64,000 nucleotides of DNA from the NCBI GenBank assembly GCA_963793305.1, contig CAWBZV010000003.1:64001-128000 (forward strand), given 5' to 3'. A program made the position numbers and the translations under genes. Shown here one piece after another: positions 1 through 11,453 of the stretch. Positions within the stretch are counted from its first letter, which is position 1, and every line of letters begins with the position of its first letter. Source of the DNA: an uncultured Gemmatimonadales bacterium. Lineage in GTDB: Bacteria > Gemmatimonadota > Gemmatimonadetes > Gemmatimonadales > Gemmatimonadaceae. Below the pieces are notes generated by a model. It ran no database searches. It had not been told where the DNA came from and was given only the letters and a program-made list of their open reading frames with translations.

Positions 1-1
1 C

Positions 2-268
2 ATTGGGGCGCCGGATCTCGCGATCGAGATTCTGTCGCCGAGTAATCGTAGGAGGCAGGTCGCCGAGCGGGTCGCAGACTTGCTCAGGACGGGTTCCAGA
101 CTCGTGTGGTGCATCAACCCAAAGAAGCGCATAGTCACGATCTATCGCCCAGACGGTACAACCCAGGTACTGCTCGAGACCGACACGCTCTCGGGCGAAG
201 ACGTCGTGCCCGGCTTCGCGTGTCTCGTCTCGGAATTATTCGACAAGGTCGTGTACTACGGCTCTTGA
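2..268 (+). CDS. Uma2 family (PD-(D/E)xK-like) endonuclease, 5' truncated by window edge
   Basis: Frame 2 reads GAPDLAIEILSPSN...GSRLVWCINPKKRIVTIYR...LSGEDVVPGF, typical of the Uma2/DUF820 C-terminus. Confidence 0.85.
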   Translation: MGAPDLAIEILSPSNRRRQVAERVADLLRTGSRLVWCINPKKRIVTIYRPDGTTQVLLETDTLSGEDVVPGFACLVSELFDKVVYYGS

Positions 269-292
269 CACACGAACGCCTAAGTGTAGGTT
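265..292 (+). promoter_or_regulatory. sigma70-type promoter for the ilv leader
   Basis: TTGACA (265-270), 16-nt spacer, TAGGTT (287-292), 9 nt before the leader ATG. Confidence 0.55.
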
Positions 293-301
293 CTCAAGAA
301 G

Positions 302-388
302 ATGCCTCGCGCAACCCTCGTCCTTAGCCTCGTACTCGTACTCCTCATTACCGGGGGAGCATTCGTGCTTGGGAGGCCGACGGTCTAG
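302..388 (+). CDS. ilv operon leader (attenuator) peptide, 28 aa
   Basis: [28 protein letters not shown] has a run of Leu/Val/Ile codons and lies directly upstream of ilvD. Confidence 0.85.
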   Translation: MPRATLVLSLVLVLLITGGAFVLGRPTV

Positions 389-417
389 GTTCAGCGACGG
401 ACGACACTGACACCGAC

Positions 418-443
418 ACCCCTCCCCAAAAGGAGGGGTTTTT
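418..443 (+). terminator. attenuator terminator hairpin
   Basis: ACCCCTCC-ccaaaa-GGAGGGGT followed by a T run; GGGAGG (371-376) in the leader can pair with CCTCCC (421-426) as antiterminator. Confidence 0.85.
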
Positions 444-447
444 AATT

Positions 448-2118
448 ATGCGATCAGATACGATCAAAAGTGGCTTCAATCGCGCACCACATCGCAGTCT
501 GCTTCGGGCCACGGGCCAGATCCGTGACCGGGGTGACTTCGACAAGCCGTTCATCGCCGTCTGCAACAGCTACGTCGACATCATCCCGGGCCACGCGCAC
601 TTGCAGGAGCTCGGCCGCGCAGTCAAGGTGGCGGTGCGCGAAGCTGGCGGCGTGCCGTTCGAGTTCAATACGATCGGCGTCGACGATGGCATCGTGATGG
701 GCCATGACGGCATGCGCTACTCGCTGCCGTCACGCGAGTTGATCGCGGACTGTGTCGAGACCATGGCCACCGCGCACTGCTTCGACGGCATGATCTGCAT
801 CCCCAACTGCGACAAGATCGTGCCGGGCATGCTGATGGGTGCGGCGCGCGTGAACATCCCGACGGTGTTCGTCTCGGGCGGCCCGATGGCAAAAGGCATC
901 GACTCGTCGGGTCGCGCCATCGACTTGATCTCCGTGTTCGAAGGCGTCGGCGCCCACGCGGCCGGCACGATCGACGACGCGCGACTGGACGAGCTGGAAC
1001 GGCTGGCATGTCCCACGTGCGGCAGCTGCTCCGGCATGTTCACGGCGAACTCGATGAACTGCTTATGCGAGGCACTCGGCGTCGCGCTGCCCGGCAACGG
1101 CTCGGTCCTCGCGACCGCGCCGGAGCGGCGTGACCTCGTCGTCGAAGCCGCGCGCACCGTTCTCAGACTCGTGCGCGACGATGTGCGCTTTCTCGACATC
1201 GTGACGGCAGCGGCGATCGATAACGCCATGGCGCTGGACATGGCCATGGGCGGGTCGACCAACACGGTGTTGCACGTGCTGGCGCTCGCGCGCGAGGCCG
1301 GGCTCGACTATCCGGTGAGTCGATTCAACGACGTTGCCGAGCGCGTGCCGCATCTCGCCAAGATCTCGCCCGCGTGGGATGGCCCGCGGCAATGGCACAT
1401 GCAGGACGTGCATGCGGCCGGCGGCGTCTCGGCCATCCTGCGTCAGCTCATCGACGTGCCCGGCGCGCTGTCGCCGAATGCGCTCACGGTCACCGGTCGG
1501 ACGCTCGGCGAGACGGTCGCACTCGCCGAGACCTTCAATCCAGATTGTATTCGACCCGCCTCGCGTCCGCACTCGAAGCGCGGGGCGCTCGCGGTGCTGT
1601 TCGGCTCTCTGGCGCCCGAAGGGGCCGTCATCAAGGTCGGCGCGGTCGAGCAGCACGAGATGACATTCCGCGGGCCGGCGCGCGTGTTCGATAGCGAGGA
1701 AGATGCGACGAACGCCGCGTGCAACGGCTCCATTCAGCCGGGCGATGTCGTGGTCGTGCGTTTCGAAGGGCCCAAAGGCGGACCGGGCATGCGCGAGATG
1801 CTCTCGCTCACCAGCCTGCTCAAAGGCATGCCGCTTGGCGCATCGGTCGCGCTGGTGACCGATGGCCGATTCTCCGGCGGCACGCGGGGACTCTGCATCG
1901 GGCACGTGTCGCCGGAAGCCGAAGAGGGCGGCCCGATTGGGTTGCTCCAAGACGGCGATACGATCACGATCGATCTCGCCGCGCGGTCCATCGAGGTCAC
2001 GGCGGATCTGAGCGGGCGCACGGTCCAGCGGCGACCGCGGCGACTGAAGGGTTGGCTGGCGCGATACGCGAAGCTGGTGACCAACGCCAGCAACGGCGCG
2101 GTGCTCGGCGATGTCTGA
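448..2118 (+). CDS. ilvD: dihydroxy-acid dehydratase
   Basis: [44 protein letters not shown] motifs. Confidence 0.97.
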   Translation: MRSDTIKSGFNRAPHRSLLRATGQIRDRGDFDKPFIAVCNSYVDIIPGHAHLQELGRAVKVAVREAGGVPFEFNTIGVDDGIVMGHDGMRYSLPSRELIADCVETMATAHCFDGMICIPNCDKIVPGMLMGAARVNIPTVFVSGGPMAKGIDSSGRAIDLISVFEGVGAHAAGTIDDARLDELERLACPTCGSCSGMFTANSMNCLCEALGVALPGNGSVLATAPERRDLVVEAARTVLRLVRDDVRFLDIVTAAAIDNAMALDMAMGGSTNTVLHVLALAREAGLDYPVSRFNDVAERVPHLAKISPAWDGPRQWHMQDVHAAGGVSAILRQLIDVPGALSPNALTVTGRTLGETVALAETFNPDCIRPASRPHSKRGALAVLFGSLAPEGAVIKVGAVEQHEMTFRGPARVFDSEEDATNAACNGSIQPGDVVVVRFEGPKGGPGMREMLSLTSLLKGMPLGASVALVTDGRFSGGTRGLCIGHVSPEAEEGGPIGLLQDGDTITIDLAARSIEVTADLSGRTVQRRPRRLKGWLARYAKLVTNASNGAVLGDV

Positions 2119-3887
2119 GATGCGCACCGGAGCACAGATCATGTGCGAGGCCCTTCTGCGCGAGGGCGTCTCGGTCATGTTCGGCGTGCCCGGCGGCGCG
2201 ATCATGCCGTTCTACTACGCGATGTACGAGTATCGCGACCGGCTGCATCACGTGCTGTGCCGGCACGAGCAAGGCGCTGGCCACGCGGCAGAGGGCTACG
2301 CGCGCTCGACGGGTCGCGCGGGCGTGTGCGTCGCGACCAGTGGGCCCGGGGCGACGAATCTCGTGACGCCGATCGCCGATGCCTGGATGGACTCGACGCC
2401 GCTCGTCGCGATCACCGGTCAGGTGTCGAGCACGGTACTCGGCAAGGATGCGTTTCAAGAGACCGACATCACCGGGATCACCGTGCCGATCACGAAGCAC
2501 AATTATCTCGTCAAGCGGGCCGAAGATCTGCCAGTCGTGTTTCGCGAAGCGTTCTATCTGGCGACCACTGGCAGGCCCGGGCCCGTGTTGATCGATGTGA
2601 CCAAAGACGCACAACAGGCGAAAGTGATCCCCGATTGGACCGCGCCGATTCGGCTCCCCGGGTACACGCCGACCTATGACGGGTGTGCGCACCAGGTGTG
2701 CGCCGCCGTCGAGTTACTCGTGGCCGCGGAGCGGCCCCTGATCATGGCCGGTAACGGTGTGATTCAGAGCGGCGCCAGCGCCGAATTGTTGGAGCTGGCC
2801 GAACGCACGGGCATCCCGGTGATCACCACGCTCCACGGACTCGGCGCGTTCCCTCAGGATCACCCGCTGAGCATCGGCATGCCGGGCATGCACGGCTGGG
2901 TGCACGTCAACCGCGCGATCCAGGAGTGCGATGTCCTCCTCAACATCGGCGGCCGATTCGACGACCGCGTAACGGGCAACGCGTCCTCGTTCGCCCCCCA
3001 TGCGAAAATCATTCATATCGACATCGATCCATCGGAGATCGGCAAGAACGTCCGCGTGGCGGTCCCGATCGTGGGCGACGCCCAGCGCGTGCTGCGTATG
3101 ATGTTAGGCCTCATGCCGTGCCGCTGGTCGGCGACTTGGCTCGGCCACATCCGCGACGTGCAGGCCAAGTATCAGCGGCGGCACAAGGAGTTGAACCGGC
3201 CGCACACCGAGGCGCTGATGCCGCACGAGGTGTATGCGGCGCTCAATGATGCGCTCAAAGTCCGAGGGCCGAGTCGGGTCGTCACCGATGTGGGCCAGCA
3301 TCGAGATGTGGGCGGCGCAGCTCATCGAGTGGTACAGGCCCCGGAGTCACATCACCTCGGGTGGCGCTGGCACGATGGGATTTGCGGTGCCAGCGGCGCT
3401 CGGCGTTGCCATGGCCCATCCGGACGAGACCGTGTGGGTGATCGTCGGCGACGGCGGATTCCAGATGACGAATCAGGAGCTCGCGACGATCGTCCAGGAA
3501 GGCTGCCGCAACATCAAGATCGCCGTGATCAACAATGGCTATCTCGGCATGGTGCGCCAGTGGCAGGAGTTGTTCGAAGGTCGCCGCTACAGCGGCACGT
3601 TGCTCAGCGGCCCTGACTTCGCCGAGCTGGCGGCCGCGTACGGCTTGCTCGGTCTCCGAGTCGAGCGGCCAGAGGACGTCGCGGCGGCCATCGACCGCGC
3701 GTGGGACCACGACGCGTGCGCGGTCATCGACTTTCGCGTCGAGCGCGAGGTGAATGTGTTTCCCATCGTGCCGGCCGGGAAGAGTCTCGATGAGATGTTG
3801 GTGGAGCTCGACGCAGTCGAGATCAGGTCAACCGACCAGTCGAGCGAAGCGCAGCGGAGCATCGACGCGCGGCGGAGCCGCGTGTGA
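2111..3887 (+). CDS. ilvB: acetolactate synthase large subunit, +1 frameshift near 3303
   Basis: [28 protein letters not shown] in ORF 2111; [13 protein letters not shown] and GDGGFQM...[12 protein letters not shown] continue in ORF 3234..3887. Confidence 0.93.
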
Positions 3888-4363
3888 TGCATACCGTCGT
3901 AGCACTGGTGCAGGATCATCCAGGCGTGTTGCACCGGGTGGTGAGCCTGATTCGGCGGCGGGGCTACAACATCGAGAGCCTGACCGTGGGCCGGTGCGAG
4001 TTACCGGGAGTGAGTCGCATGACGCTCGTCGTCGACGCGGACGTCGAGCAGGTCACGAAGCAGTTGAACCGTTTAGTCGAGGTGCTCAAGGTGCAAGACG
4101 TGACACACGATCGCACGGTCGAGCGCGAGACCGTGCTGGTGAAGGTGCACGCGCCGGCGCAGAGTCGCGCGGGACTCATCTCGTTGACCACGAGCCACGG
4201 CGCCAGAACGGTCGACGTGGGTATCGCGACCCTGGTCTTCGAGCTGACCGAGTCGCCGAAGAAGGTCGATGCGTTTCTCGACCTTCTCACGCCTATCGGC
4301 ATCACCGAGATGATCCGGAGCGGGCGGATAGCGATGGCGCAGGCCGACGGGTCAGGGGACTGA
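3884..4363 (+). CDS. ilvN: acetolactate synthase small (ACT) subunit
   Basis: [45 protein letters not shown]. Confidence 0.95.
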   Translation: MMHTVVALVQDHPGVLHRVVSLIRRRGYNIESLTVGRCELPGVSRMTLVVDADVEQVTKQLNRLVEVLKVQDVTHDRTVERETVLVKVHAPAQSRAGLISLTTSHGARTVDVGIATLVFELTESPKKVDAFLDLLTPIGITEMIRSGRIAMAQADGSGD

Positions 4364-4367
4364 GGTC

Positions 4368-5381
4368 ATGGCCAAACTCTATTACGACACCCAGGCCGAT
4401 ATCGGCCGCTGGGCCAGCCGCCCGATCGCGGTCATCGGGTTCGGTAGCCAGGGCCATGCGCACGCGCTCAACCTGCGTGACAGTGGCCTCGACGTTCGCG
4501 TCGGCCTGTCCCCCAACTCCCCGAGCCGTCAAAAGGCCGCGGCTCACGGTCTTCGTGTCCTCGACGTTTCGGAGGCGGTGCGCGAAGCGCACGCCATCAT
4601 GATCCTCACACCCGATCACAGCCAGCGCGAGCTATACGAGACCGCGATTCGCCCCGCGCTGGCGCCGGGCAAGACGTTGATGTTCGCGCATGGATTCAAC
4701 ATCCGGTATGCCCAGATCGTCCCGCCCGCGGGCGTTGACGTCAGCATGGTCGCACCGAAAGCGCCGGGCCACCGGGTGCGCGAGGTTTTTGTGGCTGGCG
4801 GCGGAGTGCCAGCACTCGTGGCGGTCGAGCAGGACGCGTCGGGACACGCGCTCGCCGACGCGCTTGGTTATGCCAAGGGCATCGGGTGTACGAGGGCCGG
4901 AGTCTTAGAGACCACGTTCACCGAAGAGACCGAGACCGATCTCTTCGGCGAACAAGCCGTGCTCTGCGGCGGCGTCTCGGCCCTCGTCAAGGCCGGATTC
5001 GAGACTCTCGTCGAAGCCGGCTACCAACCGGAGGTCGCCTACTTCGAATGCCTCCACGAGCTCAAGCTGATCGTGGACCTCATGTATCAGGGTGGGCTCA
5101 ACTACATGCGATACTCGGTGTCGGATACGGCCGAGTATGGCGACTACACGGCGGGGCCGCGGATCATCGGGGATGAGACACGAGCGGTGATGCGATCATT
5201 GCTCGCCGACATCCAGAGTGGCGCGTTCGCCGAGGAGTGGATCGCCGAGAATCGCACGGGGCGCGCCTGCTTCAACCTGTGGCGCGCGAAGGACGTCGCG
5301 CATCCCATCGAGCGCGTGGGCAAGACGCTGCGTCGCATGATGCCGTTCGTCTCGCCGAAAGAGATCGTCCCCGGGTCATGA
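4368..5381 (+). CDS. ilvC: ketol-acid reductoisomerase
   Basis: [48 protein letters not shown]. Confidence 0.97.
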   Translation: MAKLYYDTQADIGRWASRPIAVIGFGSQGHAHALNLRDSGLDVRVGLSPNSPSRQKAAAHGLRVLDVSEAVREAHAIMILTPDHSQRELYETAIRPALAPGKTLMFAHGFNIRYAQIVPPAGVDVSMVAPKAPGHRVREVFVAGGGVPALVAVEQDASGHALADALGYAKGIGCTRAGVLETTFTEETETDLFGEQAVLCGGVSALVKAGFETLVEAGYQPEVAYFECLHELKLIVDLMYQGGLNYMRYSVSDTAEYGDYTAGPRIIGDETRAVMRSLLADIQSGAFAEEWIAENRTGRACFNLWRAKDVAHPIERVGKTLRRMMPFVSPKEIVPGS

Positions 5382-6861
5382 CGCGCGTTTTGATTTTTGA
5401 TACGACGCTGCGCGACGGCGAGCAGGCGCCGGGGTGCACGATGACGCGCGACGAGAAGCTCGAACGTCGCGCACCAGCTGGCGCGGCTCGGCGTCGATAT
5501 CATCGAGGCCGGGTTTCCGGCGGCATCACAGGGCGACTTCGACGCGGTCCACGCCATCGCGACCAACGTCACCGGCCCGGTGATCTGCGGCCTGGCCCGC
5601 GCGAACGAAGCGGACATCGATCGCTGTGCCGCCTCTCTCGCACCGGCGCCGCGTCGCCGCATTCACACATTTCTGGCCACGTCTGACATCCACCTGACGT
5701 ACAAGCTGCGCATGACGCGGAGCCAGGTGGTCGAGACGGTAGCCAAAATGGTGAGACACGCGTCCGAGCGATGCGAGGACGTCGAGTTCTCTCCGGAAGA
5801 CGCCGGCCGGTCAGACCCGGCGTTCTTGTACGAATGTCCTCGCTGCCGCCGTCGAACATGGCGCGACGACGCTGAATATCCCAGACACCGTCGGATACGT
5901 CACGCCGGACGAGTATGGCGCACTGATTCGGGGCATTCGAGAGAAAGTGCCGGACGATGTCGTGATCTCGACGCATTGTCACGACGACTTGGGACTAGCC
6001 GTAGCGAACTCGCTTGCTGGAGTCAGGGCTGGAGCCACGCAGATCGAGTGCACGATCAATGGCCTTGGAGAGCGCGCGGGGAACGCGTCGCTCGAAGAAT
6101 GCGTGATGGCGCTCCACACGCGCGGCGCCTACTTCGGTCTCACGACTGGAATCGTGACACGCGAGTTGGCGAGCACCTCGCGCCTCGTTTCGCATTGTAC
6201 CGGGGTCCGAGTACCGCCGAACAAGGCGATCGTCGGCGCGAACGCCTTCGCCCACGAGGCGGGCATTCACCAAGACGGAGTGCTCAAGAACCCGCTGACG
6301 TACGAGATCATGAGCGCCGAGACCGTAGGGATGGAGGCCAAGCCTCTGGTGCTGGGGAAGCACTCGGGTCGCCACGCGTTTCGGAAGCACCTCGAGGACC
6401 TCGGCATCCGTCTCTCCGACGGCGACCTCGTGGGCGCGTTCTCCCGGTTCAAGGACACCGCCGACCAGAAGACTCCCGAGATGTACGCGCTCGTTCACGT
6501 GCAAGTGTCCTGTGGCACCGGATCCATCCCAACCGCAACGGTGCGGCTGCGTCGAGCCGAAGACGATGCCTTGCTGACCGAGTCGGCGCAGGGCGCCGGT
6601 CCCGTGGATGCCTTGTGTCAGGCGATCAACAAGATCGTCGGCGATGTCGGCATCCTCACGGAGTTTGCGGTCGACGCCGTGACCGAAGGAATCAACGCCG
6701 TCGGCGCCGTGACGATGGACGTGGAGGGCCATGTCGGTTACGGCGTGGATACGGATATCATCGTGGCTTCGGCGAGAGCCTACGTGGCGGCCGTGAACAA
6801 GCGCTGCAGTTATCTTTCCGGGCGTGATCGATGTCTCCGGCCTGACCCGGTTGTACGGTGA
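5378..6861 (+). CDS. leuA: 2-isopropylmalate synthase, frameshifts near 5464 and 5835
   Basis: ATG overlaps the ilvC stop; [58 protein letters not shown] spread over three frames. Confidence 0.92.
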
Positions 6862-7540
6862 GCTCGTCGCCGTCGACCAATTGTCCTTCCGAGTCGGCCC
6901 GGGCGAGATCATGGGCCTGGTTGGTCCAAACGGCGCCGGCAAGACCACCACGCTGCGCAGCGTCGCCGGCATCATCCGTCCCACGGCTGGCACGATCACG
7001 ATTGCCGGCGCGGATCTGGCGAAGGATCCTCTCACCGCGAAACGCGCGCTCGCGTTCATTCCCGACGAGCCCGAGCTCTTCGAGTACCTGACGGTCGAGG
7101 AGCATCTCCGGTTCGTCTCGCGGATCTACTCGGTCGCGCACGTCGACGAGCGGGTCACGCCGCTACTCGATGAGTTGGAGCTCACGGACAAGCGCGGATC
7201 GCTGCCGGCCGAGCTCTCGCGCGGGATGCGCCAGAAGCTCGCCATTGCCTGTGGTTTGATCCACGATCCCGCCGTGTTGATTCTCGACGAGCCGCTCACC
7301 GGGCTCGATCCCGCGGGCATCAAGCGGATGAAGGAGACGATCGTCGAGCGTGCGGCGGCCGGCGCTGCGGTCGTTTTGAGCTCTCACCTGCTGCACCTGG
7401 TCGAGGAGCTCTGCACGCAAATCCTGGTGCTGCGCCGCGGCCGGATGGTCGCCTACGGCACGGTCACCGACATCGTCGCCGCGCGACCGGATCTGGCGGG
7501 GCTGGGACTCGAGGATCTCTTCCTCGCGCTGACCGCGTGA
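6824..7540 (+). CDS. ABC transporter ATP-binding protein
   Basis: GPNGAGKTT Walker A, LSRGM signature, LILDEP Walker B, SSH motif. Confidence 0.95.
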   Translation: MIDVSGLTRLYGELVAVDQLSFRVGPGEIMGLVGPNGAGKTTTLRSVAGIIRPTAGTITIAGADLAKDPLTAKRALAFIPDEPELFEYLTVEEHLRFVSRIYSVAHVDERVTPLLDELELTDKRGSLPAELSRGMRQKLAIACGLIHDPAVLILDEPLTGLDPAGIKRMKETIVERAAAGAAVVLSSHLLHLVEELCTQILVLRRGRMVAYGTVTDIVAARPDLAGLGLEDLFLALTA

Positions 7541-9258
7541 GACTCGACGCCCTCGCGTATTTGCTCGGCCGGTCGGCCCGAAACCGGTTCCGGGCGTCGC
7601 TGGCGCGTCTCCGCAAACCGGTGTACGCGGCCGCACTCGTCGTCGGTCTCTTGTACCTCGCGCTGATTTTGTATCGACCCGAGGGCGATGCCGCACCGTC
7701 GCCGACCGCGTACTTGCCGATCCAGCGCGGGTTCGGGCTCCTGAGCGCCTTCCTGCTCGCGGTGCTCGCCGCGAAGTGGTGGATCTTCGGTGCGTCGACG
7801 ATACCGCTGGCGTTCACGCCGGCCGAGATCCAGCTGCTGTTCCCGGCGCCGCTCCGCCGGCGGGATCTCATTCTCTATCGGTTGCTCCGCGTGCAGATCT
7901 CGATGCTGGTGAGCGCCGCGTTCATTGCGTTGTTGCTGTGGCGGAGCCGGGGCGCCGGGTATCCGCTCGCCTTGCCGCTCCGGATGATCGGGCTCTGGAT
8001 CCTGTTCGCGACTTCGTTCATGCACCAGATGGGCGTGACGCTGGTCCGGACCGCCGCGGCGCAGCGGGGCCGCGGGCTCGCGCGCAACCTCCCGGCGCTC
8101 GTCGTCGTGTGCACGGCCATCGGCCTGCTCGCGTACTCGTTGGCCCCCGCGCTCCTGTCGATCCATTCTATTGGAGACGTGCCGGCGGCAATCGGGCGAA
8201 TCGGCGACGCGATGCACGAGCCGATCCCGAGCGCGATCCTGGCGCCGTTTCGCTGGGTCATCGCGCCGGCGTACGCCGAGTCGAACCACGCCTGGCTCGT
8301 GGCAATCGGGCCGGCGCTGCTGCTGCTCGTCTTTCATTACATATGGGTGCTGCGCGCCGACGCCGTGTTCGAGGATGCCGCGGTCGATGCGTCGGCACGC
8401 CGGGCCGCGCGGCTCCGGGCTCGTGCCACCACGGCGCGTCCAGCCTCGACCAACACCCGCACGCTGGTCCGGCTGTCCGCTCACGGACCGGCGTGGTCGG
8501 CGATCGTGTGGAAGAACGTGACCGCCGCCGCGCGTGGGCTCAAGCTGACCGGGGCGATCCGGTTCACGTTCGTGCTCGTGGTCACGTTCTCGGTGTGGCG
8601 TGCGGTCGGGTTCCAGGCAACGAGAGAAGCCAGCCTGGTGGTGTTCGTCGGACTGGCCGCCCTCGTGGCGGTGGCTTACCTGGCGCTCGCCGGGCCCCTC
8701 ACGATCCGGAACGACCTGCGCGCCGACCTCGCGCATCTGCCGATGCTGCGCACGTATCCGCTCCACGGCCGCACGGTCGTGTTCGCCGAGGTCTTGTCGT
8801 CGACACTGACACTGACCGCGATGCAGGTTGCGCTGCTGGCTGTCGCGTTTGGGACCCTGACTGAGCGGCCGATCGGTGAGCGCTTCGGCGTGCTGCTCGC
8901 CGCCATCGTGATTCTGCCCGTCGTGAACCTCATGAGCCTCACGATCCAGAACGCGATTGCGTTGCTCGTGCCGGCGTGGGTCCGCATCGGTGGGCCGCTC
9001 GACTCCGGCCAGATCGCGTTCGAAGCGCTCGGCCAGCGCGCACTCGGCGCCATCGCGGCGTTGTTGGCGCTGGCGATCGCCCTCGCGCCCGCGACGGGCG
9101 CCGCGGTCCTCGTATCAATCCTCGCGGGTGGCAGCCCCGCAGCGGTAACGCTCGGAGTCGTGATCGGCTTAGCGATAGCGGCCTTCGAGATCGCGCTCGC
9201 GATGCGCTGGCTGGGGGGCGTGTTCGAGCGGACAGACCCGATCTCAATGCGGGACTAG
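7537..9258 (+). CDS. putative ABC exporter permease
   Basis: Many hydrophobic segments; GTGA overlap with the ATPase; FTPAEIQLLFPAP and AIVWKN motifs. Confidence 0.8.
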   Translation: MRLDALAYLLGRSARNRFRASLARLRKPVYAAALVVGLLYLALILYRPEGDAAPSPTAYLPIQRGFGLLSAFLLAVLAAKWWIFGASTIPLAFTPAEIQLLFPAPLRRRDLILYRLLRVQISMLVSAAFIALLLWRSRGAGYPLALPLRMIGLWILFATSFMHQMGVTLVRTAAAQRGRGLARNLPALVVVCTAIGLLAYSLAPALLSIHSIGDVPAAIGRIGDAMHEPIPSAILAPFRWVIAPAYAESNHAWLVAIGPALLLLVFHYIWVLRADAVFEDAAVDASARRAARLRARATTARPASTNTRTLVRLSAHGPAWSAIVWKNVTAAARGLKLTGAIRFTFVLVVTFSVWRAVGFQATREASLVVFVGLAALVAVAYLALAGPLTIRNDLRADLAHLPMLRTYPLHGRTVVFAEVLSSTLTLTAMQVALLAVAFGTLTERPIGERFGVLLAAIVILPVVNLMSLTIQNAIALLVPAWVRIGGPLDSGQIAFEALGQRALGAIAALLALAIALAPATGAAVLVSILAGGSPAAVTLGVVIGLAIAAFEIALAMRWLGGVFERTDPISMRD

Positions 9259-9708
9259 AAGCTCCACGACAACGAGATTCGTGACGGCGACCGGGCCGAA
9301 GTAGCGGCTGTCGAAGCTGCGGCGGTTGTCCGTCGCGAGCAGAAATAGCTCGCCTGGCCGTACGACTATCCACCCATCGGGCCGCGGCAATTTCCTCCCG
9401 CGCGAATCTGTGGCGAGCTGCCGGCTCCCCGGAATCAGAAACCCGTTGATGCGAACGCCCTCGGCGTCTATCTCGACGGTGTCGCCCGCGACAGCGGCGA
9501 CCCGTTTGCCCAATCGTTCCACGTGCCCAGGACATGGCCCGTAGCCTAGGTACCCGCGCTCACGAGCCAAGCGCCCGATCGCCAATGGCAGGCAGACGAC
9601 GACGATAGCGCCGCGCGTCACCGGAGCGTCAATCGGCCGATAGACACCGAGCGGCAGACTCGGGCTGAGGTTAATCCAGAGCGAGAGGATTCGACTCAGC
9701 CAGTCCAC
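9244..9708 (-). CDS. traF: conjugative transfer signal peptidase TraF (S26 family)
   Basis: WINLSPSLPLGVY (Ser), LGKRVAAVAGD (Lys), SFDSRYFGP. Confidence 0.85.
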   Translation of the reverse strand: MDWLSRILSLWINLSPSLPLGVYRPIDAPVTRGAIVVVCLPLAIGRLARERGYLGYGPCPGHVERLGKRVAAVAGDTVEIDAEGVRINGFLIPGSRQLATDSRGRKLPRPDGWIVVRPGELFLLATDNRRSFDSRYFGPVAVTNLVVVELLVPH

Positions 9709-10996
9709 GAAACGCTCGATCGCGAAGATAGCTCACACGCCGCGCCGCGATCGGCGCGTGCCCGCGCAGGAACAGCATCTGGAGATCGGGCGCCAGTCGC
9801 CGAATCTCGTCGGCCGTGATGAGCCGCCGCCCGCGCGTCTCCACCGTCGTCTCGCCGGCGAGTCGCGAGAGATGCTCGGCCGTCTCGTAGTCGTTGATGC
9901 CAAACGCCTGCAGTACCTCGGCGTTGGCGAGAAACGTCGACCAGTTCTCGCCATAGATCGCTCTCAACTGCGCGAGATCCTGGATGAGCAGCCAGAACCC
10001 GACACCGTACCCGCCGACGAGCGAGATGCCCTGCTCGACCGGCCGCATGCGGCCCAAGTGCGCGAACTCGTCGAGCAGGAACAGGATGCGTTGCGCGCGA
10101 CGCTGGCGCGTGATGAGATTCAGCATCGAGCCGATCATGAGACGAAGCCACCGCCGGTAGCCATCAATGCGCTCGGGCGGCAGGATCAGATACGTCGTCG
10201 TTTCCGCGCCCCCGCCGGGTCGCCGCGTCTCGCCGAGCGCCTGGATCATCGCCGGGCTGTCGAGAAAATGCGTATGGCTCTGGGCTGTCGAGATGACGGC
10301 CGAGCGTTCGCGGGGACCCTTTTGGCTGATCTGGGCCGCTGAGCGCCGCACGATCGCGTTCTTGCTCGCCGCCATCTCCGCGAGTAGCGCCCGGAATTCG
10401 CGTGCCGATAGCGTGAGATATCCTCGCACGGTCACGAGCGAAGTCTTCGCGTGCAGAATCAAGCCGACGAGCAGCGCGCGCGCTTCTTCTTCCCAGAACG
10501 GCTCGTTGCGGCCGTCAGGGACAACGAGCATATCGGCGACGAGCCGGGCATCGTCGACACCCCTGACGTGATCGAGCGGATTGTACGACGCGCGATCGTC
10601 ATCCGAGGCGATCACGCCGAACGGGTCATACGCCAGCACGCGGTGTCCGAGCGCACGGCGCCGCGCGGCGGTGACCGCATAGTTCTCGCCCTTGGGGTCC
10701 GTGACGACGATCGATCCCGGATAGAGCAGCAGGTTCGGGATCACCGCCCCCACGCCTTTCCCGGATCGCGTGGGCGCGACGGTCACGATATGTCCGTAAC
10801 CGGCATATCGCAGAAACCGCCAGCGGGTGCGGCCGATGATGAGCCCCTCGCGCCGGCGCAACGATCGCCCATCGTCCCACGTTGCACTCCCGCAGGCGTC
10901 GCTCGACCGTCGTCCGCCGCGGGTGAGTGTCGCGAGCAGAGCGAGCAGCGCGATTGTCGCACCAAAGGCGAACACAACGAGTGATAGCGATCCCAT
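9671..10996 (-). CDS. virD4: type IV coupling protein VirD4/TraG family (start may be up to 11032)
   Basis: N-terminal TM, GSATW, APTRSGKGVG Walker A, IVVTDPKGE, SYNPLD, LFLLDEFAHLG Walker B, QDLAQLRAIYG. Confidence 0.88.
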   Translation of the reverse strand: MGSLSLVVFAFGATIALLALLATLTRGGRRSSDACGSATWDDGRSLRRREGLIIGRTRWRFLRYAGYGHIVTVAPTRSGKGVGAVIPNLLLYPGSIVVTDPKGENYAVTAARRRALGHRVLAYDPFGVIASDDDRASYNPLDHVRGVDDARLVADMLVVPDGRNEPFWEEEARALLVGLILHAKTSLVTVRGYLTLSAREFRALLAEMAASKNAIVRRSAAQISQKGPRERSAVISTAQSHTHFLDSPAMIQALGETRRPGGGAETTTYLILPPERIDGYRRWLRLMIGSMLNLITRQRRAQRILFLLDEFAHLGRMRPVEQGISLVGGYGVGFWLLIQDLAQLRAIYGENWSTFLANAEVLQAFGINDYETAEHLSRLAGETTVETRGRRLITADEIRRLAPDLQMLFLRGHAPIAARRVSYLRDRAFRGLAESNPLALD

Positions 10997-11040
10997 ACTT
11001 ATAGAGACAGGCATAGCCCGTGCGATGATCAACGCCGGCT

Positions 11041-11394
11041 ATGCTCACGCTGCTGATTGTCTCGACGGACTCGCCGACGGCGACCCTGCTCGGAGCATTT
11101 GCAGAGGTCGAGGGGTATGACGTGGAGATTCACGACGACGTGCGTGAGACGCCGGAAGACGCCATTCGACGAGCCCGCCCACACATCATCCTGATCGACA
11201 TCGACCACCCGGACGGCTTCGCACCCGAGTTTCTCGACGGGCTCCAGCGTGAGGGGATTTCCGCGGTCGCGTTCAGTCCTGGCCGACTGACGTCGGAAGT
11301 GTTCGAGCGCGCTCAACCGTACGGACTGCCTATGATTACGCTGCCGATCGACCCAGGGGCATTCGCTGCCGTCCTGCGGCGGGCGCGCGGCTGA
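11041..11394 (+). CDS. atypical receiver (CheY-like) domain protein
   Basis: Receiver pattern LLIVS...RPHIILIDID; the conserved Lys appears replaced (MITLP). Confidence 0.6.
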   Translation: MLTLLIVSTDSPTATLLGAFAEVEGYDVEIHDDVRETPEDAIRRARPHIILIDIDHPDGFAPEFLDGLQREGISAVAFSPGRLTSEVFERAQPYGLPMITLPIDPGAFAAVLRRARG

Positions 11395-11453
11395 ACTGCT
11401 TGGTACGCGTTACGTTATGCGACCTCGGCCAGTCCCGGATCAGGGGGATTTCT

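Noticed and set aside
3295..5840. Programmed ribosomal frameshifting in ilvB/leuA
   Set aside because: No slippery heptamers or stimulators, and similar indels occur in unrelated genes, so sequencing error is more parsimonious
9244..11032. Complete ICE or conjugative element
   Set aside because: No relaxase, VirB genes, integrase or flanking repeats; neighbours are ordinary chromosomal genes
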